A stretch of 63,945 nucleotides of DNA, counting the filler, from Hausera hauseri (Eukaryota), in assembly GCA_046269625.1 (NCBI GenBank). It is 11 parts of 11 records of this genome, joined end to end, with 100 filler letters (N's around TTAATTAATTAA, not from the genome) between each part and the next. Parts side by side here need not be neighbours in the genome. Positions count along the whole stretch, not along the records: positions 8,774 to 15,257 come from JBJURY010094765.1; positions 15,358 to 19,791 come from JBJURY010583445.1; positions 19,892 to 24,948 come from JBJURY010349157.1; 8 more parts are not named here. One strand, given 5' to 3'. Shown here in pieces: positions 12,519 to 25,048 of this stretch (positions are counted from its first letter, which is position 1; each line of letters starts with the position of its first letter). A model generated the notes under the pieces. The model saw only the letters and a list, made by a program, of their open reading frames with translations. It was not told where the DNA came from and made no database searches. The position numbers and the translations under genes were made by a program.

Positions 12519-13623
12519 GTATGGAATCGACAGTCAAACTGCAGCACTTATTGGTGTAATGCAAGCAATGGTTTCATTCGTCGAAACGGATGACGATCAA
12601 TTGCGGGTAGTTGTTGCAGGAATTCACAATTTCTACTTTCTGATCAAAGAACATTTAATACTCGTTGCAGTTAGCAAATCTTCCTTTATTCCTGGCCAGT
12701 TACGTGTTTTTCTCAGTTACCTATACAATCAGATTTTAAGTATACTGACATTTCGGTCTATATCAAAGGCTTTTGAAAAGCAGCCATGTTTAGACCTTCG
12801 TCGTTTATTGATTGGTACTGATAGATATCTCAATGGGATGATTGAATTCATGGAAAAAGATATGGGCCCTTTGTTATATTCAGTTACATGTATACCCATG
12901 CAAGCGACTATTCGACAAACGCTTCTTTCAGCAATTACTCAGGCTATTAAAATAAACGACTTCGTCTTTGCCATTTTACTACTTGACGAAAAACTGGTTG
13001 GTGTGATAAGACGAAAGGACCAACAACCGCACCCAATGGACCTTCATCTAATTCTTAATCTGATTCGAAATTCGTCTTATTTCAAAACTCAGATCTGCTG
13101 GCTACCGATTTGTTTACCTAAATTTGATGTTGACGGATTTTTCTACGCACACATATCGTATTTAACTCCCCGTGTTTCACTCGTTCTACTTACCGTGAAT
13201 CCAGACCAATTTGACGTTTTGCAACAAGTTCGGAATTCCATTTGTTCATCAATGGAAAGTACGGGGATATTGGATCGTATCACGACCATTTACACCGTGG
13301 AAGAACTATTACAAAGCTATAAATTGACCGAGGTCAAGCATTTTGTTTATAAAATGAGAAACGCCAGCCAATGTATATCTTACTCGAGTTCATCACATTC
13401 TGACGTTGCAAATGAAAAATTTATTTTGAGCCATTATGTTCGATTGCATAGTTTCATTCATAAGTCAGAAAGGTCTGCTAGACTTGTATACCAATGTACA
13501 GATTCAGAAGTCTTTTTCGCATGGCAAACTGTCAATTTCGAGTTATATGCTACCTTAAATACTGTTAATCACAAACGGAGAATAATGGAAATCGTCAATA
13601 AATTGCTGGATAAATTGAAAAAA
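12519..13623 (+). CDS. MON1: Vacuolar fusion protein MON1 segment (part 1 of chimeric ORF 12519..15257)
   Basis: Follows a cag| acceptor at 12516-12518. Motifs (R)YG....LIGVMQAMVSFV, LILVAVS, YLYNQILSILT, DLRRLL.GT, HPMDLHLILNL, WLPICLPKFD.DGFFYAHISYL and FELYA. The last few MON1 residues and the stop are absent. Confidence 0.93.
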
Positions 13624-14640
13624 GCAAATATTCCATATTTTAAATTTATTGAAACCAATTGTTCGTTTGTCGGTCGACGAATTCGGGATTCGTTACAGTG
13701 TTTATCGAGTTTGGGATATGGTTATGATTTATCGGCAGAAAAAAACAGCGTGTTTTATTGGAACAATTTTGGTATTCTCCATTTCCATTTGAACAAGCAT
13801 AATCTTGGAATTATGTATCTCAATCGTTGTTTGGCACTGACGGAAATAGCTGGAAAGAAAGGGAAAAATACGTTAAACAATTGCACAGATTTTGGTCTTA
13901 CTCGGCCGTATGACGTTATTTACAATCTCGGTGTTCAGTTGCTTTTTGCTAATAAGCCAATTGATGATTTTGATTTGCTTCTTGAAGTTGTCAGCGTTTA
14001 CCCGAAGAATCCCAGACTTTGGCTTCGATTGGCGGAATGTTGTATCAAGGCATATCGAAATGATGATAACACAGAATCGAAGCCTAAGTGTGTTCAAACA
14101 GTTTATGGAAATTCTTCATTCAAGAGAATAGTATTAGGAAATAATACGAAAGAATTTAAAAGAACTCTTGAAGGTGTTGCTGCTATGCCAACTCCTAGCT
14201 TAGAATTTGGATCTTTGTGCATACGCACAGGGTTATTCCTTCTTCCGCGTCGATCTAATTTAGATTCTCAAAATCTTGTGGAGTGGTACAGTCAGCAGTG
14301 CTTGACTGTAAACCCAGGTGGATGTATTAAAGGTACGGATATTTTACACCTTGAGTCATCATTGCTATTGAGTGGTGCTTATATTTCCCTGTCGTTGAAT
14401 AATTATGTGGAAACAATAAGACTTTGTGAAACGTTAATGCAACAGCCTATTCTTTCTCCATATTATCAGTTTTTAGCAAGGATGTATTTGGGTGAAGCTA
14501 TGACAATGGTTAACAGTTATGCAAATGCCAGCATGTATTTGAGGTGTGTTCATACATTGAAACTTCGAGCATCGGAATTAAACCCATCGGAAAACCACCA
14601 GTGGCAATATTCATATGCGTCCGTAAAAATCGATGATAAT
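13624..14640 (+). CDS. CNOT10: CCR4-NOT subunit 10 internal TPR segment (part 2 of chimeric ORF)
   Basis: YWNNFGILHF...KHNLG, YNLGVQLL, YPKNPRLWLRLAECCI, SLEFGSLCIRTGLFLLP, AYISLSL and FLARMYLGEA correspond to the CNOT10 motifs FWNNLGCIHF..KHNLG, NPRLWLRLAECCI, SMEFA..CLRNAL.LLP and LGHLYAAEA. Confidence 0.92.
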
Positions 14641-14649
14641 CTCGAAGAT

Positions 14650-15257
14650 AAGTCAAACGAGATGGTGGAAAACGATGTGCTATCACAGCAAAGTCATATA
14701 AAATCACTTAAGATAACTCAAATGAAAAAGGACCTATCAGTTAGTCAGAATTATTTGACTCAGGCTGTGGAAATTCTTGGACAATCTCTAGTTTTAGCAG
14801 TATCATCAAATCGCTACAAAGTTGCAAGCTATGCTGCTGAACAAATGATTGATTTTTTTGGTACGATGGATCCTATAATTAGTGTTCATATGCTGAATTT
14901 GTTGCAAAGTTGTGTCACTGGAAAGAGGCTTAGAAAAATCTTGCTGAGCACCCAACGGAAAGCATCTATGGGTGCCTTAGCTGCGTTGGTTCTTCAGCAC
15001 AAATTCTTGAAGGAAAGGTCAAAATATTATGAATGTGGTCTTATTAATTCCCCGTTGTATCATTTTGTTTTGGATCAACTTAATTCTGATTTTAACGCGT
15101 GGAGAATCACGAATGTTTCTCTTAACCAGCAAGAAATTTTGAAAGATCTTTCGAACGTTTCTAACGGATTTTGTATTCTTCAACATTCCCCTAATTATAA
15201 ATATCTCTACTGTGCATTTATTGATCCGAAACCAAAAACTGCTACAACACCGAAAGT
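14650..15257 (+). CDS. CFAP46: Cilia/flagella-associated protein 46 C-terminal-region segment (part 3 of chimeric ORF; runs into gap)
   Basis: QNYLTQAVEILGQSL.LA...VASYAAEQMIDFFGTMDP...LNLLQSC...LAALV.Q...AW..TNV...ILQHSP...YLY.AFI.PKPK parallels CFAP46 Q.YLAQASEVL.QCL..A...A..ASLEMVEC.G.LDP...LALSQSC...LAALL.LQ...AW..L.V...L.LS.D...LY.A...KPK. Confidence 0.85.
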
Positions 15258-15357
15258 NNNNNNNNNNNNNNNNNNNNNNNNNNNNNNNNNNNNNNNNNNN
15301 NTTAATTAATTAANNNNNNNNNNNNNNNNNNNNNNNNNNNNNNNNNNNNNNNNNNNN

Positions 15358-16187
15358 TGAACAATTTCATCATCATCATCTGTTATATCATACATCACAG
15401 GCATTTGTCTCGTATTAATTCCACTTATTCGAAATACCTCATCACTCCAATTATTATCAAAGTTTTTGATAAAAGGTGTTGTGCTTTGTTTACTGATTGG
15501 AACATAATCACCAATATTATATTTGGGTCCTATGTTTTTATCATCACTCTGTAAGAATATGTACATGTCATTAGTAACATCTACTGGATGAAGACCATGC
15601 AAACCACGATGTGGACTATTGTTATATTCTTTGATAAGTTTGAGATACAATTTTATGAGTTACATATTTTACAATCTTTCCTCGCACTGTCTGATTGGAT
15701 CGTTCACAATACATGCCTTGTATGGTAAAAGCACTGAATTGTGTTTGATTTCATACTTGTTAAATACTTCGTTCACTTTAATATTATAGAATTCCTTACC
15801 CAAATCAGTCTGCACGTATCTAAGTTAAATCTTGCTCACCATTGTTTGAATTGAATCTTATGTATACTTTGCACTTTTACTCTTTACAGGTACTGCACGG
15901 GCATAGCTGCTGAATACATCAATGCATGTTATAATATGTCGGTATCCTTTATTTATTTTATAGAATGGAATCATCTCTATCAGATCCATTTGTCACATCC
16001 AATTCACGGATTTAAACAGGTACTTTCTTGTTGGAAATCTCTTCAACACAGGTTTGTTGAGACTGTATGGCAACTGCTACCTCAACGACTTTTCCGTTCC
16101 CATTTTGCTGCCCTCTACTGCTTTGGTCAACCTTGCTACGCTTCTAAAACCAGCTGGATCTTCGGAATTGTACCATATCTTCTTCAT
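15358..16187 (-). pseudogene. Polinton/Maverick retroviral-type integrase
   Basis: WYN.EDPAGF, YSLNKPVLKRFPTR, QMDLIEM, NKGYRHIITCIDVFS, VQTDLGKEF, YNNSPH and YNIGDYV.ISK...NWSDEVF; in-frame stops; truncated by the gap. Confidence 0.9.
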
Positions 16188-16281
16188 CAACACAACAATT
16201 AGATCTAATATTAAATGTGAAATTTTGAATAGATGGACTATAGCCCATAATATTGGAATATGTTGGCATAATGATCAGTAT

Positions 16282-17130
16282 TTATGCATTTTCCTCCTTC
16301 TTTTTATTAATGGCATCATATGTGGCACCGAAAGCCTTTGTTATACCATATGATACAGCTGCAGTTGCAGCAGCTGGAAGTATATAACGGGCAAGCCGGG
16401 TAAGGAATGGCACTAGTGCTGCACATACAAATCCATTTTCCTCTTGATTTATTTGATGTAGTCGTTCAGTTTTATTTCGTATTGGGCTTTCTAGTTCCTT
16501 GAAATCTTTGTTGAATCATATATTTTTTCGCTCGTAATGCCCTTGCTTCGGCCATTTCCAGAAATGTATCTCGATACTTGTTTAATTTCTTTGTATAATT
16601 CCCAATCGTGACATTGCTCATAACAATATTCTGTAGGACGTCAATGAAATCCTCCATTATGAATGATGGAAACGCCTGTAATAGTTCTCATCTCCGTGAT
16701 CCATTTTTAATAGTGCTTCGAAATTTGGAATACTTCTAACAATTGACCTCATTATTATCCATGTGTTAAATTATTCACATACTGTTTACACACGCATCCA
16801 TTTCCGTGGTAGTTTCTTAAATGTCTTTCTTACAACCACTAGTCTAGTCGCAGTTTCATATATGGACATTGGTTTCTTTGAGAACTTAGCCTTCTTCTTT
16901 GGTTTGACTTTAATATACACTTTACTAAAATTCAGGACTAGTATTACTATGTTATTTTGTTTGTTTATAGATGGTGATGCATTTAGGATGGAATATATTG
17001 GTTTTAATTCGTTCATCATTAGTGCATTGTTGAGGGAAATCTATAAAGAGGTATACATGTGGTTTTCTTGTTGCATCCTTATATGCATCTACAGGATATT
17101 TTTTATTCTCAGGAAATGCTTGTTACAATC
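16282..17130 (-). pseudogene. Polinton small accessory/core ORFs upstream of the integrase (~16282-16762 and ~16786-17130)
   Basis: Basic ORF ending Q..NGFVCAALVPFL...LPAAATAAV resembles the small 'QxGGF' Polinton protein usually adjacent to the integrase. A second Lys-rich ORF ends KWMRV. Confidence 0.5.
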
Positions 17131-17249
17131 ATCCAGTGACGTTGAGGTCAGGATGGTAGAGGTGCGATCTACTAACAATGGCAAAGGCCCATAATGGCAC
17201 AAACCAACGAAAAAGGCAAAAAGTGTCAACACCAGTCGTACCTACCGAA

Positions 17250-19250
17250 CATTCCACCGTCCCTTCTGCCATACAACCTTTCAATGTCACAAATTGCGCG
17301 AATGCATTGCAAAAGTCCAAAACCTTTAAGCCTGTAGGTTCAACATTTCACCACATTTACGAGTTCACGCACTCCAGTTGCACAATGCCGATCTTTAAGC
17401 AGAACATCGCAACATGGTTGAAGCCGAATCTTTGTAACTTGAACGAAAAGGTACAACCCGACGGTCTACCTCTCCCCGGGCTTCACCATTTCACGTAGTA
17501 CCAAAATTGGTGGCACGCTTCGGCCTTGCGGAGATTATTGTAGGCTTAACGCCTTAACTACACCAGACAGTTACCCTCTCCCTATGATTTATGACATTTT
17601 CTACAGATTAGATGGTATCAACATATTTCCACAGGACTTACGCAAAGCTTATCATCAGATTCCAGTCGCTCCGGAAGATATTCTGGAGACCGCTATAACA
17701 ACGCTATTTGGTCTCTTCGAGTATCTCTACAAGCCGTTTGGACTCCGCAACTGCGCCAAAACATTCCAGCGGCATACAGACTTTGTGCTATCAGATCTGC
17801 CTTTGTCATTCCCATATATCGACGACATACTGATAGCTTTCGGAGACGATGACCAACACACGGAACACATGCGAACTCTTCTTAAGAGCCTCCATTACCA
17901 CAACATGCAAGTGAAGAGAACTAAATCTCGTTTCTATGCTCACTCCGTCACATTCTTGAGTCATGTTATTTCATCCCAAGGACACACGCGACTGCCTGAT
18001 TGATTACATTCTATTCGCAACATTGCTTGTCCATCGACCTTGACAAAACTGCGCAGCTTCCTAGGAATGGTTAACTTTTGCCACAAGTACATCTCTAACT
18101 GTTCTCATTTCATCGCGAACCTTTTTGTTCCAGCTTTTGGTCCGAAACGACTTAAAGTTTAATGGACGGATTCTTTAATAACTAATTTTAACACGTTAAA
18201 GTCGCAGCTAGAGGATATTAGAATTCTCGCTCATTAAAAGAAGTGCATCATTGTATTTGTCAACTGACGCATCTATAATAGCGGCAGATGCAGTCCTACA
18301 TCAAATGAACAATGAAACACATGAGCCATTAGAATTCTACAGCTCTAAATTTTCCAAACACTGAAAAGAGTTACTCAACTTTTAATAAAGAGCTACTTTC
18401 AATTTTTCTTCCTGAGAAATTTTCAGCACATGTTGACAGGAAATTCTTTCACAATCCAAACCGACAATAACCGCTAATATATATGCTACAAATGCATAAC
18501 CCTTCCTCATGCCAAGAGAAGCAAATTTCTTTTACCTCTCAATTCAATTTTAATATTCTGCATATATCATCTGAAGAAAAACGTAGCCCATTTTATGTTA
18601 CGTTCTATGTCGTCAAGCGATTTTCTCCCGGTATTCTCTCAGGACAGTCTTCGTCAAAATCCATCGTCCCCATACGATATCGCACATCTCAAGAATACCG
18701 AAACCATAGAAGGTTTCATCTTCGACACAATACTGCCGGGAACCTTACGGTCTATATTGTCAGAGGCTTTACGCAAATAAGCCTTTGACCACATCCATAA
18801 TCTTCACGATCTTGGTAATTCAAACACTTCACTAATGGTCTTCTTCACACTTAAGTAATCTGGCCAGCCATTCTTCGAGACCTTAAAACACTCGGTTTCC
18901 TACTGTATCCCATGTCCAAAATTCGAAACTTTAAGGCACATTAAACCACCGTTATATCATTTCCCAACGACGTCACATTTAGACAATGTCCATGTCGATC
19001 TCGTCGCTCCCTGCCACCTATCCGAGGATCCATTTACGTAATCACCATGCTTACAGATCAATAAGACGGCTAGACGTCATACCATTTCATAATATCCAAG
19101 CTGATACCGTAGCTAAAGCTCTCATCCTCACATGGGTCACCCTTTTCGGAACGCCAAAACACCTCACCTCCGATCAAGGACGCCAATTCGAATCCTTCCT
19201 TTTCAAAGCGTTAGCCATTCGTTTAGGGATCCTGCACAACTCCCGTCATG
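17250..19250 (+). mobile_element. CsRn1-like Ty3/gypsy pol fragment (RT-RNaseH-integrase), decayed and truncated
   Basis: FHHI, ASPFHVVPK, RPCGDY, DSYPLP, KAYHQIPVAPEDI, PFGLRN, YIDDILI, LTTDAS, VHVDLV and TSDQGRQFES; related to the elements at 27494 and 43430. Confidence 0.9.
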
Positions 19251-19891
19251 TATCCCTGTTTGAGAATAGTCCTCCAGTGCATGACACCATCCAGTATATA
19301 CATACATAAGCTGTATTTGCAAAGAACAATAAAACCACCAACAAAAGCATCATCACCGGTACAGCACGCCTTAAAATTTCTTTACAAAGTTGTACATAAG
19401 CGTCACTTCATTTCTGTTGGAGGCCCTTTTGTGTCCGCGTGCAGCTTTACGAGGAATTATTTTCTTAAAAATAAATAAAATGTTAATGAATCGCAGCAAT
19501 TGTAATTGAAGGAACTATAAATTTTGAGAAGAATTAGAATTACCGGATTCACCCAATAAAAATATTATAATGCAAAAATTAATATTTTTTAAGAAAATTT
19601 TCGAAAAAAAAGTTTGTTTTAAAAACCAACTTTTTTCCATGCTTTTTTGCAATTACTCAAAAAACAGAAAATGATCAATCCTCCTTCATGGAAATTATCG
19701 ATTTTACCAGCGTTTCTCTATACAATAAAAATGAACAATCCTGCTTCATGGAAGTTATCGGTGTCATCACCGGTGATACTCATTAATGGATNNNNNNNNN
19801 NNNNNNNNNNNNNNNNNNNNNNNNNNNNNNNNNNNTTAATTAATTAANNNNNNNNNNNNNNNNNNNNNNNNNNNNNNNNNNNNNNNNNNNN

Positions 19892-22800
19892 TATCCAATT
19901 TGGCCGTCTTTCCTTTTTTATTTAGTGGTGTATACAGCATCATAGAATCTCCTACTTTTATCTTAGGTTGTTTAGTCTTTTCGTCATAATATCTTTTATA
20001 AGTGGTTTTATTGTCTTTCTGATTCTTCTGCACTAGCTTATGTGCTAGTTGCAACCGCTCTTGCATTAATTGTTTATATTTTTCCATTTTCATTAGATGA
20101 GAAGTCGGTTTTACATTAAAGTCTAAATCAGTAGGTAGTCTAGCGTCTCTCAGGTACATTAGATAAAATGGAGTCTCCTTCGTAGCCTCATGCACTGAAG
20201 TTCGGTTTACAAATACACAAGTATTTATGTATTCGTCCCAATCGCCCTGCCTAGCACGATCGACCGTTTGTAACTTACTTTGCAAATCACAAATATATCG
20301 TTCCACCATTTCATTATTTTCTGGGTGCTAGGGTGTTGACCGTAATTTCAATATCCGTAAAATGTTATATATGGCCTGCATCACATTGCCAGTTAGATTT
20401 GATGCTTGATCTGTAAGTAAAATCCTTGGGGCCCCATAATTGAATACAATGTTCTCCACAAATTTTTCTGCAATTGTATCCGCCATCATGTCTGGCATGT
20501 TAAGGCCACAATCCATCGAGTAAAATAATCTATGAACACGAGAATGTACCCATTGCCGTTTATTGTTAGTGGTAACGGTCCGGTTATGTCCATCGCCATG
20601 AATTATAATGGGGCCGGAGGGTTGTCCCAGATTTTTAGAGGAGCTTTGAATTGGGTTCCGGTATTTTTCCGATTGGCACATAATTTGCAACTATCACGCC
20701 AGTCTTGGACATCCTTCGTCATAGTTGGCCAAAAATATTTTCTTTTTAATTTGTTTATTGTTTTCTTTACTGACTGGTGTCCTCCTAATAATCCATCGTG
20801 ATATTGAGTTAATAACACTGCTCTATTCTTTTTAGGAATTACTAACACGGGTCAATTTTGATGAATATAATACAAAAATCCATCTTTTTCTTCGTAGGCC
20901 TCGCCAAACCTAGCTAAATGACGGGCTAGCTCTTTATCCTTTGGCACAATTTTGTTTTGCATAAAATTCCTGATCATTTTTATCTCCTCATCTTCCCGCT
21001 GATTCTCCTTTATCTTCTCCGTGGATCCGTCCATACTCCATACTGCTGCGATTACTTTTTTTCTTTTTGACTCCTGCTGCATTCTGGATAAATAGTCCGC
21101 ATTCGAGTTTCGTGTACCAGGCTTATATTGAAATTCTAATGTGTAAGGTTGGAGTTTTAAAGCTCATCGTAATAGTCTACTATTGGGGTTCTCATGCTTT
21201 TTCAACCATTGTAACGGTCGATGATCTGTGTATATCACCAAAGGTTTATTTTCACTAATATAAGGTGAAAATACTTCTAGTGCAAATATGACCGCCAACA
21301 TCTCTTTCTCAATTACGGCGTACTTCTTTTGATGCTTATTTAATTTTCTCGATGCATATTCAACTGGATGTTTCTTATCATCCTTATCCATGTGTGACAA
21401 TACTGCTCCAACTCCGTAGTCACTTGCATCGGTTGCCAGTATTAACGGTTTCGTCATATCTGGATAAATTAGTACAGGAGCATTTAATAACCTTTTTTTA
21501 CATTCTCAAAAGCCTTTTGACAGTCGCTCGTCCATAATACCTTTTCTAAATCCTCCCGTAACAACTCGTAGAGTAGTTTAGCTATCTTAGTGAAATCCTT
21601 TATAAACCTTCGATAGTAATTTGCAAGCCCTAAGAATCGACGTAGTTCTTTTACCGTGGTTGGCTTTGGAAAATCTTTGATTTTGCCTACTAGTCTGTCC
21701 TGAGGTCTCACACCATACCTATCAACTCGGTGTCCGAGAAAGTCAACTTCAGTTTGAGCAAACATGCATTTCTTTGGGTTTATTTTTAGATCCATAATTT
21801 CACATCTATCAAAAAGGTCCTGTAAATCTTTCAGATGCTGCTGAAAATCTGATGATGCTATTATTACATCGTCAATATATACCATAGCATGCGGCGCATC
21901 TAGGAGTAACAGCTCCGTTCCTCGTTGAAAGGTTGGTGGTCCGTTTTTTAGTCTAAAAGGCATTCTGTTAAATTCACATAATCCTTCACCTATTGAAAAG
22001 GCTGTTTTGGGTTTATCTTCCTTTACTTCTATCTTCCAGTATTCTTTTTGTAGGTCTGGTGGTAAATATTGTCGAACCATGTAATTTATCTAATATTTCG
22101 TCAATCCTTGGTAACGGATATGTATCATTTTCTGTTATCTCGTTCAATTCCCTATAATCTACACAGAATCTCATCGTTCCATTCTTCTTTTTGACCATTA
22201 CCACCGGGGCTGTCCAAGGCGAACAGCTTGGTCGCATTATCTTATTTTCTCTCATTTCTTTTATAATTTTTCGAGCTTCCTTTTTGTCATATGATAGTCT
22301 ATATGGTCGTTTCTTTATGGGTTTATCTTGCCCGTCGTTTAATTTAATGGCATGTTGAATGACGCTCATTGTCCCTAGGTCAGTCATTCTGAGCAAATTG
22401 GTCACCATTGTTCTCCAACAATTGACTTAACATTCCTTTTTCTTCCTTGGTTAATATCTTGGAGTCTTGTAACTTTTCATCCCAATTAATAGGGGCGGCT
22501 TTTTTTTCTTTTCTTTGTTGGCCCCTCTTTAATTTCTCCGACATCTTTTTTTCAATCTTGTCTACCTCGGAAATAATCGAACTAACCTCTTCCTTTGATA
22601 TTTCCTCGATCACCGTTACCTGTCCGAGTCTAGTATTTCGTGTTAGTCTTTTTTCCTTAGTTCCCTTATTACAGATTCTCAAATGGATTCTTCCATCTCT
22701 TATTCTATCTACGTGTGGCGCAACCACGATGTCACATTATTTCATCATTTGCGGAAATGGCTCAAAGTGTACCCAAACCGTCGGCAACCTTTACTCTATT

Positions 22801-23250
22801 CTGCCAGGCACTACTACTGAACGTTGCGGGATTGTGATATCCTCAGTCAGTGAGACTCATTCTTCGTTACATTCTTCATTAAACCTTCTAAGTTGACCAG
22901 TTTTGACATCAATATATACGTTATCTAATTGGTGCAATACGTCGCATCCTATCAGTATTTTATTAGTTAAGTTTTTCGCTACTCTTATGGCGTGGTTTAT
23001 TGTTTGATCACAGATTTTGATTTTTGCGTTTAAGACAATTTTTATTTCCTCCTCCATTCCAAATGCTCCAACATTAATGTTTCTTTAGGCTTTCGTAGTT
23101 TACTTATTAGTTCATTGGGTAATTGACTCTTTCCCATTATTGTGGTTGTGGATCCTGGATCTATCAAAGCAGTTAGTCGATATCCGTTTACTTCAATATC
23201 TATTTATGGTGTCATGCAGGATCGAGGCTTGTTTAATACTAATTTTACAA
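19892..23250 (-). mobile_element. Ty3/gypsy pol (PR-RT-RNaseH-IN) of glycoprotein-bearing element C
   Basis: ALIDPGS protease (~23161), RFCVDYRELN..DTYPLPRID, YIDDVII, LATDASDYGVGAVL, YTDHRPLQWL, HD...GGH..YFWPTM..C..C, LTDQASN and VER; frameshifted. Confidence 0.95.
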
Positions 23251-23546
23251 GTAGACTCGCGATTACATGGTGAGAGGTTTTCATCATAATCCTGTTTTAT
23301 TCTTAACACTTGATATGTAGGATACATCCCTCCATGTTTCAGGTATTGTGGAGCTGATGGGTTTATCAACAATTGTTCATTATAAACTTGTCCATGGTAT
23401 TCTTCCGCAGGGTCTAGTTGCGGCAGATCAGTAACCAGCTTCTTTTGGTATTTTTGCCTGTGTGGCTTTAACGAGAATCTTTTAAGTCTATTAGTGTATC
23501 TATTACCTTTAGACCTAGTGTCTAAATCGTTATTATCATCGTCGTT

Positions 23547-24948
23547 TCATCCATTCAAGGTACCATAGGGTGAGTTCTTGTCTATGTCGTGATTTCTTTT
23601 GGTTATTTTCCTTTTCCATTTCGCGTCATGGTTAGCTAGAAAACAACTAGCTACTGCCGGAATCACAGCTATAAGGATTTTCCAAGAACACCCAACTGCT
23701 GTATGAATGCCATAGGCCTTGTCAAGTGAGGTGAATATTGTTCGTAAGGCGCTGATGATAAAATATATAACTAAAAATCCTGATGCTGCTTGACCAAAAT
23801 ATAGAAATTTTCCCCACATTCTCCATCACGTTTCTTGTGACCTTCTTCAAATAATCTTTTTCCATCAAATGTTCCCAATGAGTGAGCCTTCTCGATCCCA
23901 CATTACTTTTCTTGTTAATTATGTTACTACGCGTTGCATTTGTTGGGGGAACAACAGCATTCGTCGATAATCTAAATTTTTTGTGTATAAATTTCTCCTT
24001 GTGATGTGCCAGTTAACGGTTCAAACTTCTGATTTCTTTGTAAACTAATCAGTGCAATTATCCAACTGAATGAATTTCGTCTTGGCATCTAATATCCTGT
24101 TTACTGGCATTACGTATTGCGGTTCCATTTTATAAATCATCGGTAACTCTGAAGTGCATTCTCCGGTTTCCCTGATCGATACCTATACCCTCTTAGATTC
24201 AATCGTTATTAATACTTCACCCATTACTCTGCCAATTACTCCATCGCTAAATGGCATAACAGGTGCCATCTTATTACGTATTATTTCGTAATTTAATTTA
24301 CATCCATTTAATATTATCTCCCTATATAGGCTTCTTATTTCTTTTCTAACGTAATTAATTAAATGGCCAATTTTATTGTCGAAATACTGTGTCAATTTTA
24401 TGTCCTTCTTGTCAATTTTTGTCTTAGCTTCCACTACCTCCCTTGATGAGATATAGTCCTTTATAATTGGTTTTGAACATTTCATTAGATTTATTAATTA
24501 TTCCAGTGATTTTAAATCGCATTATTTCTTCGGATATTGTGAGTACACTACAGTCGCTACTTCCGTCATTTTTACTTCCTTAGCTCCTTCCTTATACGTT
24601 GTTTTTTCCTTTTTAGCTGTCTTTCCAATCGCTTTATTGAATTTTCCTTCTTTCAATAATGTCAAATGACATTGATTTGAAGATATTTCCCAGGTCATCT
24701 TGTACTCTCCAGTATCATATTCACCGTTCTCATATTCACATTCACTCATTATTGTCATGAGTTTAGTTTGTAAATCAAATAATCCTTCATATTCTTTCAA
24801 TTGGACCTGGTAGTCTTCAATAGCTACTGTCCTGAGTGCTATAGTACCTCCAACGTCATAATCTACTTCTTTGCAAGTTCCTTTTCTTGTCTTGTCTATT
24901 TTTCCTGTTTTATAAATTCGCGTATACTTTATTTTGTTGCGTACTGCT
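23547..24948 (-). pseudogene. Chuvirus-like (Jingchuvirales-type, class III) envelope glycoprotein, upstream of pol; N-terminus lost in gap
   Basis: G.C..VDY...VAIEDYQVQLKEY, C.Y..G...W....C...LKEG, LTQYFDNKI..LYREI...CKL, GEVLITI...V..RETGECTSELP..Y....VMPVNRIL, LLFP and the TM region WGKFLYFGQAASG...YGIH.AVG.SW.IL.AV match the consensus of chuvirus-like G proteins. Confidence 0.82.
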
Positions 24949-25048
24949 NNNNNNNNNNNNNNNNNNNNNNNNNNNNNNNNNNNNNNNNNNNNTTAATTAA
25001 TTAANNNNNNNNNNNNNNNNNNNNNNNNNNNNNNNNNNNNNNNNNNNN

